A model generated the notes under the pieces. It was given only the letters and a program-made list of their open reading frames with translations, had not been told where the DNA came from and did no database searches. This document shows positions 27,589 to 37,335 of a stretch of 64,000 nt of DNA, piece after piece; position 1 is the stretch's first letter, and each line of letters opens with the position of its first letter. Origin of the DNA: an uncultured bacterium (GTDB lineage: Bacteria > Actinomycetota > Acidimicrobiia > Spongiisociales > UBA5794); the NCBI GenBank assembly GCA_963801165.1, contig CAWDDT010000009.1, positions 416,001 through 480,000 on the forward strand, in the 5' to 3' direction. The position numbers and the translations under genes are program-made.

Positions 27589-28740
27589 ATGTCGCTTCGA
27601 CACCGCCCGGGACGACCGAGACCGTGGCAGGCGCGTTTCCGAGGTCCAGACGGGCGGGAGCGAACCGCAAGCTTTCGCCTGAAGAAGGACGCCGAACGGT
27701 GGATCCGGGAACAAGGCGCCACCTTGGATCGTGGCGTTTGGGTCGACCCGGTCCTCGGTCGGGTCACCGTTGCTGAATGGGCGGACCGGTGGTTGGCGAC
27801 GACCGTGCATCTGAAACCAAAGACGGCCGAGGGCTACGAGTCGCTGCTTCGGGTTCACGTGCTGCCAGTGTTCGGACACCTGGAGCTTGCTTCGGTCGAT
27901 CGGGTCGCAGTGCGACGCTGGGTCGCCGAACTGGAGTCCTCGGGTCTCTCTCCTTCTCGGATACGCCAGGCTCGTCAGGTGTTCGGGGCGGTGCTGGGCG
28001 CCGCCGTCGACGCTGGATATCTCGGTCGTAACCCGGCGAAAGGGGTGAAGGTGCCCCGTGATCGTCGCCGTGAGATGCTGTTCCTCAACGCCGGCCAGGT
28101 CGAGGATCTCGCCGCAGCAGCCGGCGAATGGTCAACCCTCATCTACCTGCTGGCATACGGCGGTCCTCGCTGGGGAGAGGCGGTGGCGCTGCGCCGCTCT
28201 CGATGCGATCTGCTGCGGTCCCGCCTTCACATCACCGAGTCGGCCTCCGAGGCAGGCGGTCGCCTTGTCTTCGGACCGACGAAGACCTACGACGACCGCA
28301 CCATCATCATCCCCGGGTTCCTGAGGAGCCTCCTCGCCGAGCACCTCGCCACCCAGACCGGACCCCAGGAGTCGGCGTTGGTGTTCACCGCACCCGAGGG
28401 CGGTCCGCTCCGACACGCCAACTTCTACAAGCGGGTGTGGCGCCCGGCGAAACAAGCAGCAGGTGTGCCGGAGGATCTGAGGATTCATGATCTTCGCCAT
28501 ACCTGCGCCGCTCTGCTGATCGCCCAGGGTGCGTCCCCCAAAGCGATCCAGGCGCACCTCGGCCATTCATCGATTCAGGTCACTTTCGACCGCTACGGGC
28601 ACCTGTTTCCCGAGGATCTCGAGGACCTCGCCGCCCGACTCGACGCGGCACGTGAAATCAGCCGCGCGGACCATACGCGGACCAAACGCGGACCGGAGGT
28701 TTTGGAGCTGCCTGCTGAGAGGCCGGAAACCGCTCTCTGA
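27589..28740 (+). CDS. Tyrosine integrase
   Basis: GPRWGE (R), PTK, HDLRHT, LGHSS, DRYGH catalytic set; N-terminal arm-binding domain. Confidence 0.96.
   Translation: MSLRHRPGRPRPWQARFRGPDGRERTASFRLKKDAERWIREQGATLDRGVWVDPVLGRVTVAEWADRWLATTVHLKPKTAEGYESLLRVHVLPVFGHLELASVDRVAVRRWVAELESSGLSPSRIRQARQVFGAVLGAAVDAGYLGRNPAKGVKVPRDRRREMLFLNAGQVEDLAAAAGEWSTLIYLLAYGGPRWGEAVALRRSRCDLLRSRLHITESASEAGGRLVFGPTKTYDDRTIIIPGFLRSLLAEHLATQTGPQESALVFTAPEGGPLRHANFYKRVWRPAKQAAGVPEDLRIHDLRHTCAALLIAQGASPKAIQAHLGHSSIQVTFDRYGHLFPEDLEDLAARLDAAREISRADHTRTKRGPEVLELPAERPETAL
28659..28695 (+). promoter_or_regulatory. Putative arm-type sites (CGCGGACC x3, 11-bp period) inside the integrase 3' end
   Basis: CGCGGACCATA CGCGGACCAAA CGCGGACCG. 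Confidence 0.65.
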
Positions 28741-28802
28741 CAAGGGATTTGAGAGGTGGGCCCGGTGGGAATCGAACCCACGACCTTCGGATTAAAAGTC
28801 CG
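28735..28802. repeat. att direct repeat (68 bp)
   Basis: Identical to 10559-10626. Confidence 0.95.
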
Positions 28803-28829
28803 CTGCTCTGCCTATTGAGCTACAGGCCC
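28757..28829 (-). tRNA. tRNA-Lys (anticodon TTT)
   Basis: GGGCCTGTAGCTCAATAGGCAGAGCAGCGGACTTTTAATCCGAAGGTCGTGGGTTCGATTCCCACCGGGCCCA cloverleaf; CCA not fully encoded. Confidence 0.97.
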
Positions 28830-28893
28830 GCAGAGACGTTACCAGCGTTGTGGCGGCTGCCCACAGCCGGGGGCGGGGCGTCTTGTCGTGACG

Positions 28894-29592
28894 CTACAAG
28901 CGATGTACCGGCAGAACGTCCGCCGGGATCTCTCCGAACACGTCTTGAAGCACCCGGGGCGGCGCGGTCTCCTTGGTCAGTCGGGCGTCCTGAATCCGGT
29001 CGAGTCGGAACACGCGCCCGTCTTTGCGTAGACGACACCAAGCAAACACGAGCCAGCGGTCACGATCACGGCCCATCGCCATTGGCTCGATGGCCCTCCG
29101 TGTCAGCTCTCCCTGCCCGTCCACGTAGTCGATGTTAACTACCCTGCCCGTCCGGACCGCATCTCCCATGACCTGCATCGCCCGTGTCGAAGGCTCGACT
29201 TGAACGTCCCGCACGTACACGCGATCGGCTTCTTCCTCGAATCGCCGACGTGTGCTCTCGTCCATGGTCGCCAGGATCTTGTTGAGCGCGGTACGCCCCT
29301 GTGGCTCGAACGGCAGCCCGCCTCCTACCGCAAGCGCCACTGCAAGGGCGAGCACCTCGCCCGTCGTGAAGGCGATCGGCGGTAGCGTCGCGGTGCTATT
29401 CAGCACGTATCCCCCGCCCGGCCCGATGGACGTCCAGATCGGCAGGCCGGCCTGCTGGAGCGCCGACACGTCCCTCTTGATCGTACGTTCCGACACCTCG
29501 AACCTGCCGGCGAGACGTGTCGAGGAGAGGGGTCGCTCACCTGCTGCCCGGAGCTCCTCGACTATGGCGTAGAGGCGGTCGGTGCGATTCAT
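28894..29592 (-). CDS. YafY/PafB-like HTH-WYL transcriptional regulator
   Basis: MNRTDRLYAIVEELR, FEVSERTIKRD, GPGGGY, WLVFAWCRLR..RVFRLDRI. Confidence 0.92.
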   Translation of the reverse strand: MNRTDRLYAIVEELRAAGERPLSSTRLAGRFEVSERTIKRDVSALQQAGLPIWTSIGPGGGYVLNSTATLPPIAFTTGEVLALAVALAVGGGLPFEPQGRTALNKILATMDESTRRRFEEEADRVYVRDVQVEPSTRAMQVMGDAVRTGRVVNIDYVDGQGELTRRAIEPMAMGRDRDRWLVFAWCRLRKDGRVFRLDRIQDARLTKETAPPRVLQDVFGEIPADVLPVHRL

Positions 29593-29648
29593 CAGAATCT
29601 CCAAAAGGGTGACATAACGGTGGCAGCGTGTCATCGCACAATAGAGCC

Positions 29649-30509
29649 ATGGAACAGACAACACACCATCTCATCAAACGATCTGACGGCGGCGATCTGT
29701 CGATCTGGACCATCGGTCCCGACAGTGGCACGCCGCTGGTCCTCTGTCATCCCGCCCCGGGATCGGGTCTGTTCGACCCCGATCCGGTGGCCACCGCGGA
29801 GGCAGGGATCCGAATCATCGCCCCGGATCGTCAGGGCTACGGTGCATCGAGCCGCTCGGCCTCGCCGGCAACGATTGCGGAGGCCGGTCGTGACGTCATG
29901 GCTGCGCTCGACCACTTCGACGTGTCCCGAGCCGCCGTCGCCGGATGGTCTGCGGGCGGTCGGGTGGCGATGTGGGTCGCCGCACATCACCCGGACCGCA
30001 TCCACTCGCTTGCGATTGTGGCAACGCCGGCCCCACACGAGGACGTGCCGTGGATCCCGGCGGAACAGGTTGCGCTGATCGATGCAATGCGGGCCGACCC
30101 GGCTACCGCGATCGATCAGATGGTGGCGATGTTCGCGCCCATGGTGACCGATCCATCGGTCCGCAGGAGCTTTCTCGCGCCGAGCCCGGCCGACACCCTG
30201 GCAGTAGAGGCCGACCCGGGTCTCCGTGCTCGCGTCGAGGCCATGCTGGACGAAGCATTCCGGCAAGGGGCATTGGGGATGGCAGCAGACATCGCCTCGT
30301 ACACGATGGCCGGATGGGGGTTCGATCCATCCAAGATCGCAGCCCCGACGGTCGCATACAGCGGATCCGAAGACGTGGTCGTCCCGCCGGCGCACGGCGA
30401 GTGGTACACAGAAAGAATCCCACGGGCGCGGCACGTTGTGGAGACAGGGGCCGGGCACCTCGTGATTGCCCGGGTCTGGCCGAGAATCGTCGAGCACCTC
30501 CCAGGCTGA
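29649..30509 (+). CDS. Alpha/beta hydrolase
   Basis: DRQGYGAS, nucleophile elbow GWSAGG, GSEDVVVP, GAGH; divergent from the WYL gene with TGACA..TGTCA between them. Confidence 0.9.
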   Translation: MEQTTHHLIKRSDGGDLSIWTIGPDSGTPLVLCHPAPGSGLFDPDPVATAEAGIRIIAPDRQGYGASSRSASPATIAEAGRDVMAALDHFDVSRAAVAGWSAGGRVAMWVAAHHPDRIHSLAIVATPAPHEDVPWIPAEQVALIDAMRADPATAIDQMVAMFAPMVTDPSVRRSFLAPSPADTLAVEADPGLRARVEAMLDEAFRQGALGMAADIASYTMAGWGFDPSKIAAPTVAYSGSEDVVVPPAHGEWYTERIPRARHVVETGAGHLVIARVWPRIVEHLPG

Positions 30510-30635
30510 GCTCACGATCTGCACAGCCTGACCCACGTCACGTCATCCCGCATTGTACGGTGCGTAGCAGTGCCTTACGATGGCACAGTGAGCATGTACC
30601 CACCCCATAACGACCCGGCGCCTTGCTCCGGTACG

Positions 30636-31070
30636 GTGTCACGTCTTCGCTCTCAGGCAGGGTCCGTCACCATCTGGGGGATCGGGCTGACGCTGGTGAT
30701 CGCCGCCTTTGCCGGAATCGTCATCGACACGTGGCGGGTGTTCGCCGTGCGTCAGGATCTCTCGGGGATGGCCGACGCAGCCGCCATCGCCGGGGCGACG
30801 GCCATCGACATCGATTATCTCAACGAGACGGGCGAGGTCATCCTCGACGGCCCTGAGGCGGAGGCCCGGGCGCTCGAGTATCTGCAGCGTCAGGACGGAT
30901 GGTCAGCCGAGATCACCTACGCCATCGTCGCCGCCGGCGACGGGTCCGAGCTCACGGTGACGCTCGACGAGGACGTGGATTTCACCCTCGTTGGGGCGCT
31001 GCTCCCCGGCGAGGAGCCGTTCCATATCGCGGTGACATCACTTGCCTCTCCCAACGTGGTAGGGCCGTAG
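30636..31070 (+). CDS. TadG/TadE-like minor pilin
   Basis: QAGSVT prepilin-type site, TM, then L...ADAAAIAGA. Confidence 0.75.
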   Translation: MSRLRSQAGSVTIWGIGLTLVIAAFAGIVIDTWRVFAVRQDLSGMADAAAIAGATAIDIDYLNETGEVILDGPEAEARALEYLQRQDGWSAEITYAIVAAGDGSELTVTLDEDVDFTLVGALLPGEEPFHIAVTSLASPNVVGP

Positions 31071-31112
31071 GCCCGTCCCGTGCCCGGGCGACAAGCGATA
31101 GCCTTGCTTTCC

Positions 31113-32927
31113 ATGATTCGGTTTGGGATCTCGCGCATGCCACCCGAGGGCGTCGAGCACGGAGATTGGCTCGACTCACTGCTTGCTCGCGGGCACAACG
31201 CCGTCGAGCTGCCCTTTGTCACCGGATTCCCCTGGAAGGAGAAACAGTGCGCCCGGTTCGGGGAGCTGGCCGCCGACCGCGGGATCGCCGTGTCGGTGCA
31301 CGCCCCATACTTTGCCGTCCTCACAGTCGATGACCCCGAGAAGCGGGGCAAGACACTATCCGCGCTGGAGCACACGATGAAGCTGGGCCGGGAGCTGGGC
31401 GCCCACACCATCGTGGCGCACACCGGCCACGTCAAGGACCGCAGCCCCGAGGAGCTGCATGCGCTGGTCGCCGACGGGCTGAGCACCATCGAGCCCAAGG
31501 TGCGGCACCTCGGCGTCGCCCTCGGGTTGGAGACAGCAGGCAGCGACCGTGCCTTCGGCTCGCTCGGCGACATCGCCCTCATCGCCAAGGAGTTCTCTTT
31601 CGTGCGTCCGGTCATCGACTGGGCACACGTCCACGCCAAGTCCGGTGGCGGTCTCACCAGCCGAGACGCCTTTCTGTCCGTGATCGCGTTCCTTCGTAGT
31701 GAGTTCCCCGGCTGGGCAATAGACCCGCTCCACACCCAGTTCACCGACAACGAGTTCGGAGTGCACGGGGAGATCCGACATCTCCCGTACGGTGAGGGGT
31801 CGCTACGGGCCAACCTTCTCGGCGAAGCCGCCGCAGCCGCAGGACTGCGCATGATCGTCATCTCCGAGGCCCGGGAGGAAGCGAGTCACGATCTGATCCA
31901 GAAGGATCTGTTCGCCGGCGTGGCCGCTGTCCGGCCGACCGCCGCCGAGGACGGCGAGCCGCTCGCCGATGCCGACATCGAGTTCCCAGACCCGATTCGG
32001 ATCACTCCCGATCGAGACGGGTACCGGGCGGTCGGTCTCGACCGAGAGGTCCGCATCTCCAACCCGCACAAGCCCTTCTTCGGTGACGAGTACACCAAGG
32101 GAGACCTGATCCAGTACTACGCATCGATCGCACCCGTGCTCCTGCCGCACCTAGAGGGCCGGGCGCTGTCGATGAGCCGCTACCCGGACGGTACGCACGG
32201 CGGCTCGTTCTACGAGAAGCAGTGCCCGTCGCACGCACCCGACTGGCTGGTGCGGGCGCCGATCCACTCGGGCCATCGCGGCGAGGAGATCGAGTTCTGC
32301 ACCGCCCCCGACATCGAATCGCTGGTGTGGCTGGCCAACATGGCATGTATCGAGATGCACCCCTGGCTGAGCCGGGCCGAGCGTCACGAGTACCCCGACT
32401 TCGCAGTGTTCGACCTCGATCCTCAGGAGGGCGCCACTTGGAGCCAGGTGACATACACAGCCAACCTCATCAAGGTGATCCTCGACAAGCTCGGCCTCGC
32501 CGCCTACCCCAAGACGAGCGGAGCCACGGGCATCCATATCTACGTCCCCCTCGACCCGCTCTACGAGTACAGCCGGGTCCGGAAGTTCGTCGAGACCGTT
32601 GGCCAGTTGATCGTCGCCGCCGACCCGGACACCGTCACGATGATCTGGGACAAGCCGAAGCGCGGGCCCAAGGTGTTCATCGACCACAACCAGAACGTGG
32701 GCGGGAAGACAATCGCCTCTGTCTATTCGGTGCGACCCCACCCAGGTGCGCCGGTTTCCACCCCGTTTCTGTGGGACGAGCTCGAGACGGTGCAACCAGA
32801 CGACTTCACCATGGCCACCATCTGGCCGAGGCTGCGCCAATACGGCGATCTCTTCGCCCCGGTGTTGAGTGGTGGGCAGACCCTGGAGCGGGCGGAGGTG
32901 GCGTTACACCTCGCCCCTGAGGACTAG
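31113..32927 (+). CDS. Fusion: endonuclease IV-like TIM barrel + LigD-type primase-polymerase domain
   Basis: N-half SVHAPY, AHTG, LETAG..FGSL, IDWAH.HA, LHTQF, GEIRH, ISE; C-half SNPHK, TKGDL..YY, RYPDG, FYEK, EMHPW, FDLDP, KTSG..GIH, IDHNQN, YSVRP; one continuous frame. Confidence 0.9.
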   Translation: MIRFGISRMPPEGVEHGDWLDSLLARGHNAVELPFVTGFPWKEKQCARFGELAADRGIAVSVHAPYFAVLTVDDPEKRGKTLSALEHTMKLGRELGAHTIVAHTGHVKDRSPEELHALVADGLSTIEPKVRHLGVALGLETAGSDRAFGSLGDIALIAKEFSFVRPVIDWAHVHAKSGGGLTSRDAFLSVIAFLRSEFPGWAIDPLHTQFTDNEFGVHGEIRHLPYGEGSLRANLLGEAAAAAGLRMIVISEAREEASHDLIQKDLFAGVAAVRPTAAEDGEPLADADIEFPDPIRITPDRDGYRAVGLDREVRISNPHKPFFGDEYTKGDLIQYYASIAPVLLPHLEGRALSMSRYPDGTHGGSFYEKQCPSHAPDWLVRAPIHSGHRGEEIEFCTAPDIESLVWLANMACIEMHPWLSRAERHEYPDFAVFDLDPQEGATWSQVTYTANLIKVILDKLGLAAYPKTSGATGIHIYVPLDPLYEYSRVRKFVETVGQLIVAADPDTVTMIWDKPKRGPKVFIDHNQNVGGKTIASVYSVRPHPGAPVSTPFLWDELETVQPDDFTMATIWPRLRQYGDLFAPVLSGGQTLERAEVALHLAPED

Positions 32928-33500
32928 ATCGACGGCGGCGACGATCAGGTTGTGCTCCACCTCGTGGATGCGCTTCTCGAGATCGTCCAAGGACTCTCCC
33001 GGGAAGATCGGGACCCGCTCCAATGTCACCACAGGCCCCGCATCGACCTCAGGAATCACCCGATGCACCATGACGCCCGTCTGGGTGATCTCACCTTGTT
33101 GGAACGCGGTGTAGGCCCTCTCGATGGCGTGTGTCCCGGGAAAAGTCCCCGGCAACGCGGGATGCAGGTTGATCACCTTGCCGGGAAAGTGCTCGAGGAA
33201 CGCCTCGCTCAGCACGAGCATCCAGCCGGCCAGCACCACCAGGTCCGGCCGGTATCCGGCGACGAGCCCCGCCAGCTCGACATCGAAGGCGAGCCGGTTG
33301 CCCCCGTCGGCGAGCACGTTCCCCAGGTCCATGATCTCGGTGGGTATTCCGGCGCGCTTTGCCCGGGTCAACCCGAACGCATCGGGATCGCTCGAGACTA
33401 CCGCTGCGATTTCGGTGTCGAGATCACCCGCCGCGACGCTGTCGATCAGCGTCTGGAGGTTGGAGCCGTTACCCGAGATGAGAACGACGATCCTGCTCAC
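32904..33500 (-). CDS. purN: Phosphoribosylglycinamide formyltransferase
   Basis: VLISGNGSNLQ, VLAGWM, INLHPALP, GVMVH...VDAGP. Confidence 0.96.
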   Translation of the reverse strand: MSRIVVLISGNGSNLQTLIDSVAAGDLDTEIAAVVSSDPDAFGLTRAKRAGIPTEIMDLGNVLADGGNRLAFDVELAGLVAGYRPDLVVLAGWMLVLSEAFLEHFPGKVINLHPALPGTFPGTHAIERAYTAFQQGEITQTGVMVHRVIPEVDAGPVVTLERVPIFPGESLDDLEKRIHEVEHNLIVAAVDLVLRGEV

Positions 33501-35822
33501 GTCAGCTCAACCGGCTTGCCCGTGCGGGGCACGATCTCGCCAATGCGCCACGCATCGGGGCCGATGATCTCCATGGCGCCGGCGGCGTCGTCGGCGGCGA
33601 CGACAACCAACATGCCCGCCCCCATGTTGAAGGTTCGGAACATCTCTTCGTCGGGGACGTTGCCTTGCGAGCGGATCATGGCAAACAGCGGCGCCGGCGA
33701 CCACGTCGATGTGTCTATGCGCATTGCCATGTCGTCGGCGAGAACGCGGGCAGGGTTCTCGATGAGACCACCCCCCGTCACGTGAACGAGCGAATGGATG
33801 GAGATGCCCGCTTCCCGGATGCTCATCACCTCGCTCAGATAGCTGCGGTGCACGGCCAGCAGCGCAGCGCCGAGCGACGACCCGAGTGCGGCGACCCGAT
33901 CGTCGAGATTCCAATGTTCGAACACCCGGCGGGCCAGCGAATAACCGTTGGTGTGTAGCCCGGTGGACTTGATGGCGATCACGGCATCGCCGATCTCGAT
34001 GCCGCTGTGGTCGATCGCTTCCGCCCGGTCCACCACCCCCACGATCGTACCGACGACGTCGAGCTCACCCGTCCTGTAGACGCCCGGAAGCTCGGCGGTC
34101 TCACCACCGAGCAGAGCGCAGCCCGCCACCCGGCAGGCTTTCGCCATACCCCCAACCACGGTGGCGGCGATGGCGGGATCGAGTTGGCTGGTGGCGAAAT
34201 AGTCGAGAAAGAACAGAGGCCGGGCCCCCTGGACGAGAACGTCGTTGATGCAGTGGTTGACGATGTCCTGGCCGATGGTGTCGTAGCGCTGCATCGTGGT
34301 CGCGATGGTGGTTTTGGTCCCGACCGAGTCCGTCGACGCCACCAGCACCGCGGTCGGCGCCGAGCCCGGATGCGTCATACATGCCGCCGAACGCCCCGAT
34401 GCCGCTGATCACCTCGGGCCCATAGGTGGAAACGACGGCGCGTTTCATCATGGCGACCGCCCGCGTTCCGGCGTCGATGTCGACCCCGGCGTCGGCATAG
34501 GTGGTCGACCTGGGCAGCGGGCTCTGCCCGGAGTCTTCGATCGTCCCGGAGATCCTTCCGCCGATGTCGTTGCGGTATTGCATGCCGGCGAAGTCGATGT
34601 GCTCGATGCCGTGATAGGCGCAGGCCAGAGCCATCGGCAGAGTTGGTTGCACCCCGGTGACGGCCAGGACTCTTCCACCAGCGGTGACGACATCGTCGGC
34701 AAGTGCGGTTCCGGCGTGGAATACCGTGACGCCGGGCACGCTGTTGGCTTCGCCGATGCCCGTGATGGGAATCCCCCTCTCGTACTCGCCGGGATACCCC
34801 GCCGAGGCGGCCACGACGGTCGCCGCCACTGCGTCCTCCCATTCGACGATGAGCTCATCGAGGGTTCCCGCCACGCAGGCCGACAGGATCTCGTAGAGGT
34901 CGCTGTGCAACAGAGGCAGCACCACTTGCGCCTCCGGGTCGCCGAACCGGCAGTTGAACTCGAGCACCTTGGGCCCGTCGTCGGTGAGCATCAACCCCGC
35001 ATACAGCACCCCCACATAGGGGTGTCCTTCCCGCGCCAGCTCATCGAGCACCGGTCGCATCACCCTCTCCACGACCTGAAGCTCCAGGGCCGCATCGACC
35101 AGCGGGGTCGGAGCGTATGCCCCCATGCCACCGGTATTGGGTCCCTTGTCGCCGTCGAGCAGCGGCTTGTGGTCCTGGGCGGCCGGCATCAGCGCGATGG
35201 TGGCACCGTCGCAGAAGGCGAGGACGGTGGCTTCCTGGCCCGTCAGGTATTTCTCGATGAGGACTTCGTCTCCCGATGCGCCGAACTCGCGGTCGACCAT
35301 GATCCGGTGCAGGGCGTGGTTGGACTCGGCGAGGGAGCCCGGGACGATGACCCCTTTCCCGGCGGCGAGGCCGGAGGCCTTGATAACGACCGGGTACGCG
35401 GCCGACCTGACGTACGTGACAGCTTCGTTGTAGTCGGTGAAAGCGCGGTACCCGGCGGTGGGAACCCCGGTCTTCTCCATCAACTCTTTGGAGTAACGCT
35501 TCGATCCTTCCAACCGCGCCGCAGCGGCATCAGGTCCGAAACAACGGAGTCCTGCGCTCTGGAACCTGTCGACGATTCCCACGGTCAGTGGCGCTTCCGG
35601 GCCGATCACGGTCAGGGCAATGTCGTTTGTTGTGGCGAATTCGATGAGCTCGTCGATCTCGTTCTCGCTGATCGGGACGTTCTCGATCTTGCCACCGGCG
35701 CCTGCCGTGCCACCGTTGCCCGGGGCGACGAAGACCTTGCGCACTTTCTCCGACTGTGCCAGTTTCCATGCGAGGGCATGCTCCCGTCCGCCACCTCCGA
35801 CAACGAGCACCATGTCGGTCAT
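33497..35822 (-). CDS. purD: PurD-PurM fusion (GAR synthetase + AIR synthetase) with a 1-nt frameshift near 34350
   Basis: GGGGREHAL, NTGGMGAY, EFNCRFGDPE run in frame into the PurM start YADAGVDIDAG..GAFGGMY; the rest of PurM (STDSVGTK, GGETAELP, GLHTNGYSL, HVTGGG, RTFNMG) is in the next frame. Confidence 0.85.
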
Positions 35823-37297
35823 CTGTTCTCTCCTTCGCCGGACCACGCACCCTGGAAGGCCATCTTGTCCCGGCTCTCCCAGTAGGAGTCGAGCTTGATC
35901 GGGTACTCGCCCGAGAAGCAGGCGTTGCAGTGGCCGGCGCCCGGAGGTGCCGCCGACTCGACCGCCTGCATCATCCCTTCCTCAGACAGGTAGGCGAGCG
36001 ATTCGGCCCCGATGTGCTTCCGGATCTCCTCGGTGGTCTTGATGAATCCGATGAGCTGCTCGCTGTCGGCCATGTCGATTCCCATGAAACAGGGATGCCG
36101 CACCGGCGGTGACGACACGCGGACGTGAACCTCGGCAGCGCCTCCTTCCCGCAGCAGCGAGACGAGCGGGCCGGCCGTTGTGCCGCGGACGATCGAGTCG
36201 TCGACCAGAACGACCCGCTTACCCTCGAGGTTCGATCCGAGCGGGTTGTACTTGAGATGCACTCCGGAGCGGCGCAGCTGCTCACTCGGTTGGATGAAGG
36301 TACGGCCGATGTAACGATTCTTGGTGAGACCCTCCGTATACGGGATGCCGGAGGCGGCGGCGTAGCCGATAGCCGCAGGGGTAGCCGAGTCCGGGACGCC
36401 GACGACGACGTCTGCCTCGGCGGGTGCTTCCCGTGCTAGAGCCTCGCCGAGCTTCTGGCGCACCTTGTGGATCGATTGGCCCTCGAACACCGAGTCGGGA
36501 CGGGCGAAGTACACGTACTCGAAGACGCACAACGAGGTCCGGGTCGGGGTCATGCCGATCGTGCTGTGATAGCCGTCTTTGTCGAGACGGATGATCTCGC
36601 CGGGGGCTACCTCGCGGACGAACCGGGCACCAACGGTGCCGAGGGCGCACGACTCGGAGGCGACCACGTATCCGCCACCTTCCAGCTCGCCGACGCACAG
36701 CGGGCGGAACCCCTGCGGATCCCTGACCCCGAAGACGGCATCACGGGTCAGCACGACGAGTGTGTAGGCGCCCTCCGCCTCCCGCATGAAACCGGCGATT
36801 CTGGCTTCCCAGTCGGGACCGTTGTTGGTGCCCGTCGGGGCGGCGAGCATCTGGGTGATCACCTCGCTGTCGGTGGAGGAGGTGAGCCCGACCCCCCGTT
36901 CCAGCAGCTTGTTGCGGAGTTGGGGGGCGTTGGTGAGGTTGCCGTTGTGGCCGACCCCGAGCGGCCCGTGCATTGTCTCGAGCAGGTACGGCTGGGCGTT
37001 GCGGAGATGCGACGAACCTGTCGTCGAGTAGCGAGTCTGCCCGATGGCGAGGTGGCCGGTCAGCCGGGAGAGATTGCTCTCGTTGAAGACCTGGGAGACA
37101 AGACCCATGTCCTTGTGTACCGCCGCCGAGATGCCGTCGCTGGTGGCGATGCCGGCGCTCTCCTGGCCACGATGTTGGAGCGCATAGAGGGCGAAGAAGC
37201 TGATTCGGGCGACGTCGGTGTCGGGTGCGTAGATGCCGAAGACGCCACACTCCTCGTGCGGCCGGTCCAGCTCGTCGTCTCGCAGAAACCAGTCCAT
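35819..37297 (-). CDS. purF: Amidophosphoribosyltransferase
   Basis: EECGVFG, LQHRGQE, HNGNL, CVFEYVYFARPDS, VDDSIVRGTT. Confidence 0.97.
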   Translation of the reverse strand: MDWFLRDDELDRPHEECGVFGIYAPDTDVARISFFALYALQHRGQESAGIATSDGISAAVHKDMGLVSQVFNESNLSRLTGHLAIGQTRYSTTGSSHLRNAQPYLLETMHGPLGVGHNGNLTNAPQLRNKLLERGVGLTSSTDSEVITQMLAAPTGTNNGPDWEARIAGFMREAEGAYTLVVLTRDAVFGVRDPQGFRPLCVGELEGGGYVVASESCALGTVGARFVREVAPGEIIRLDKDGYHSTIGMTPTRTSLCVFEYVYFARPDSVFEGQSIHKVRQKLGEALAREAPAEADVVVGVPDSATPAAIGYAAASGIPYTEGLTKNRYIGRTFIQPSEQLRRSGVHLKYNPLGSNLEGKRVVLVDDSIVRGTTAGPLVSLLREGGAAEVHVRVSSPPVRHPCFMGIDMADSEQLIGFIKTTEEIRKHIGAESLAYLSEEGMMQAVESAAPPGAGHCNACFSGEYPIKLDSYWESRDKMAFQGAWSGEGENR

Positions 37298-37335
37298 GGA
37301 TCCTTACTTCCGGGGGGAGGCTAGTGGCCAGGGCA

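Larger units (their letters stand above)
10559..28802. mobile_element. Integrative mobilizable element / genomic island at tRNA-Lys (~18.2 kb)
   Basis: 68-bp direct repeats, integrase, Xis and MOBF relaxase at the tRNA-proximal end; no coupling protein or T4SS genes. Confidence 0.88.
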
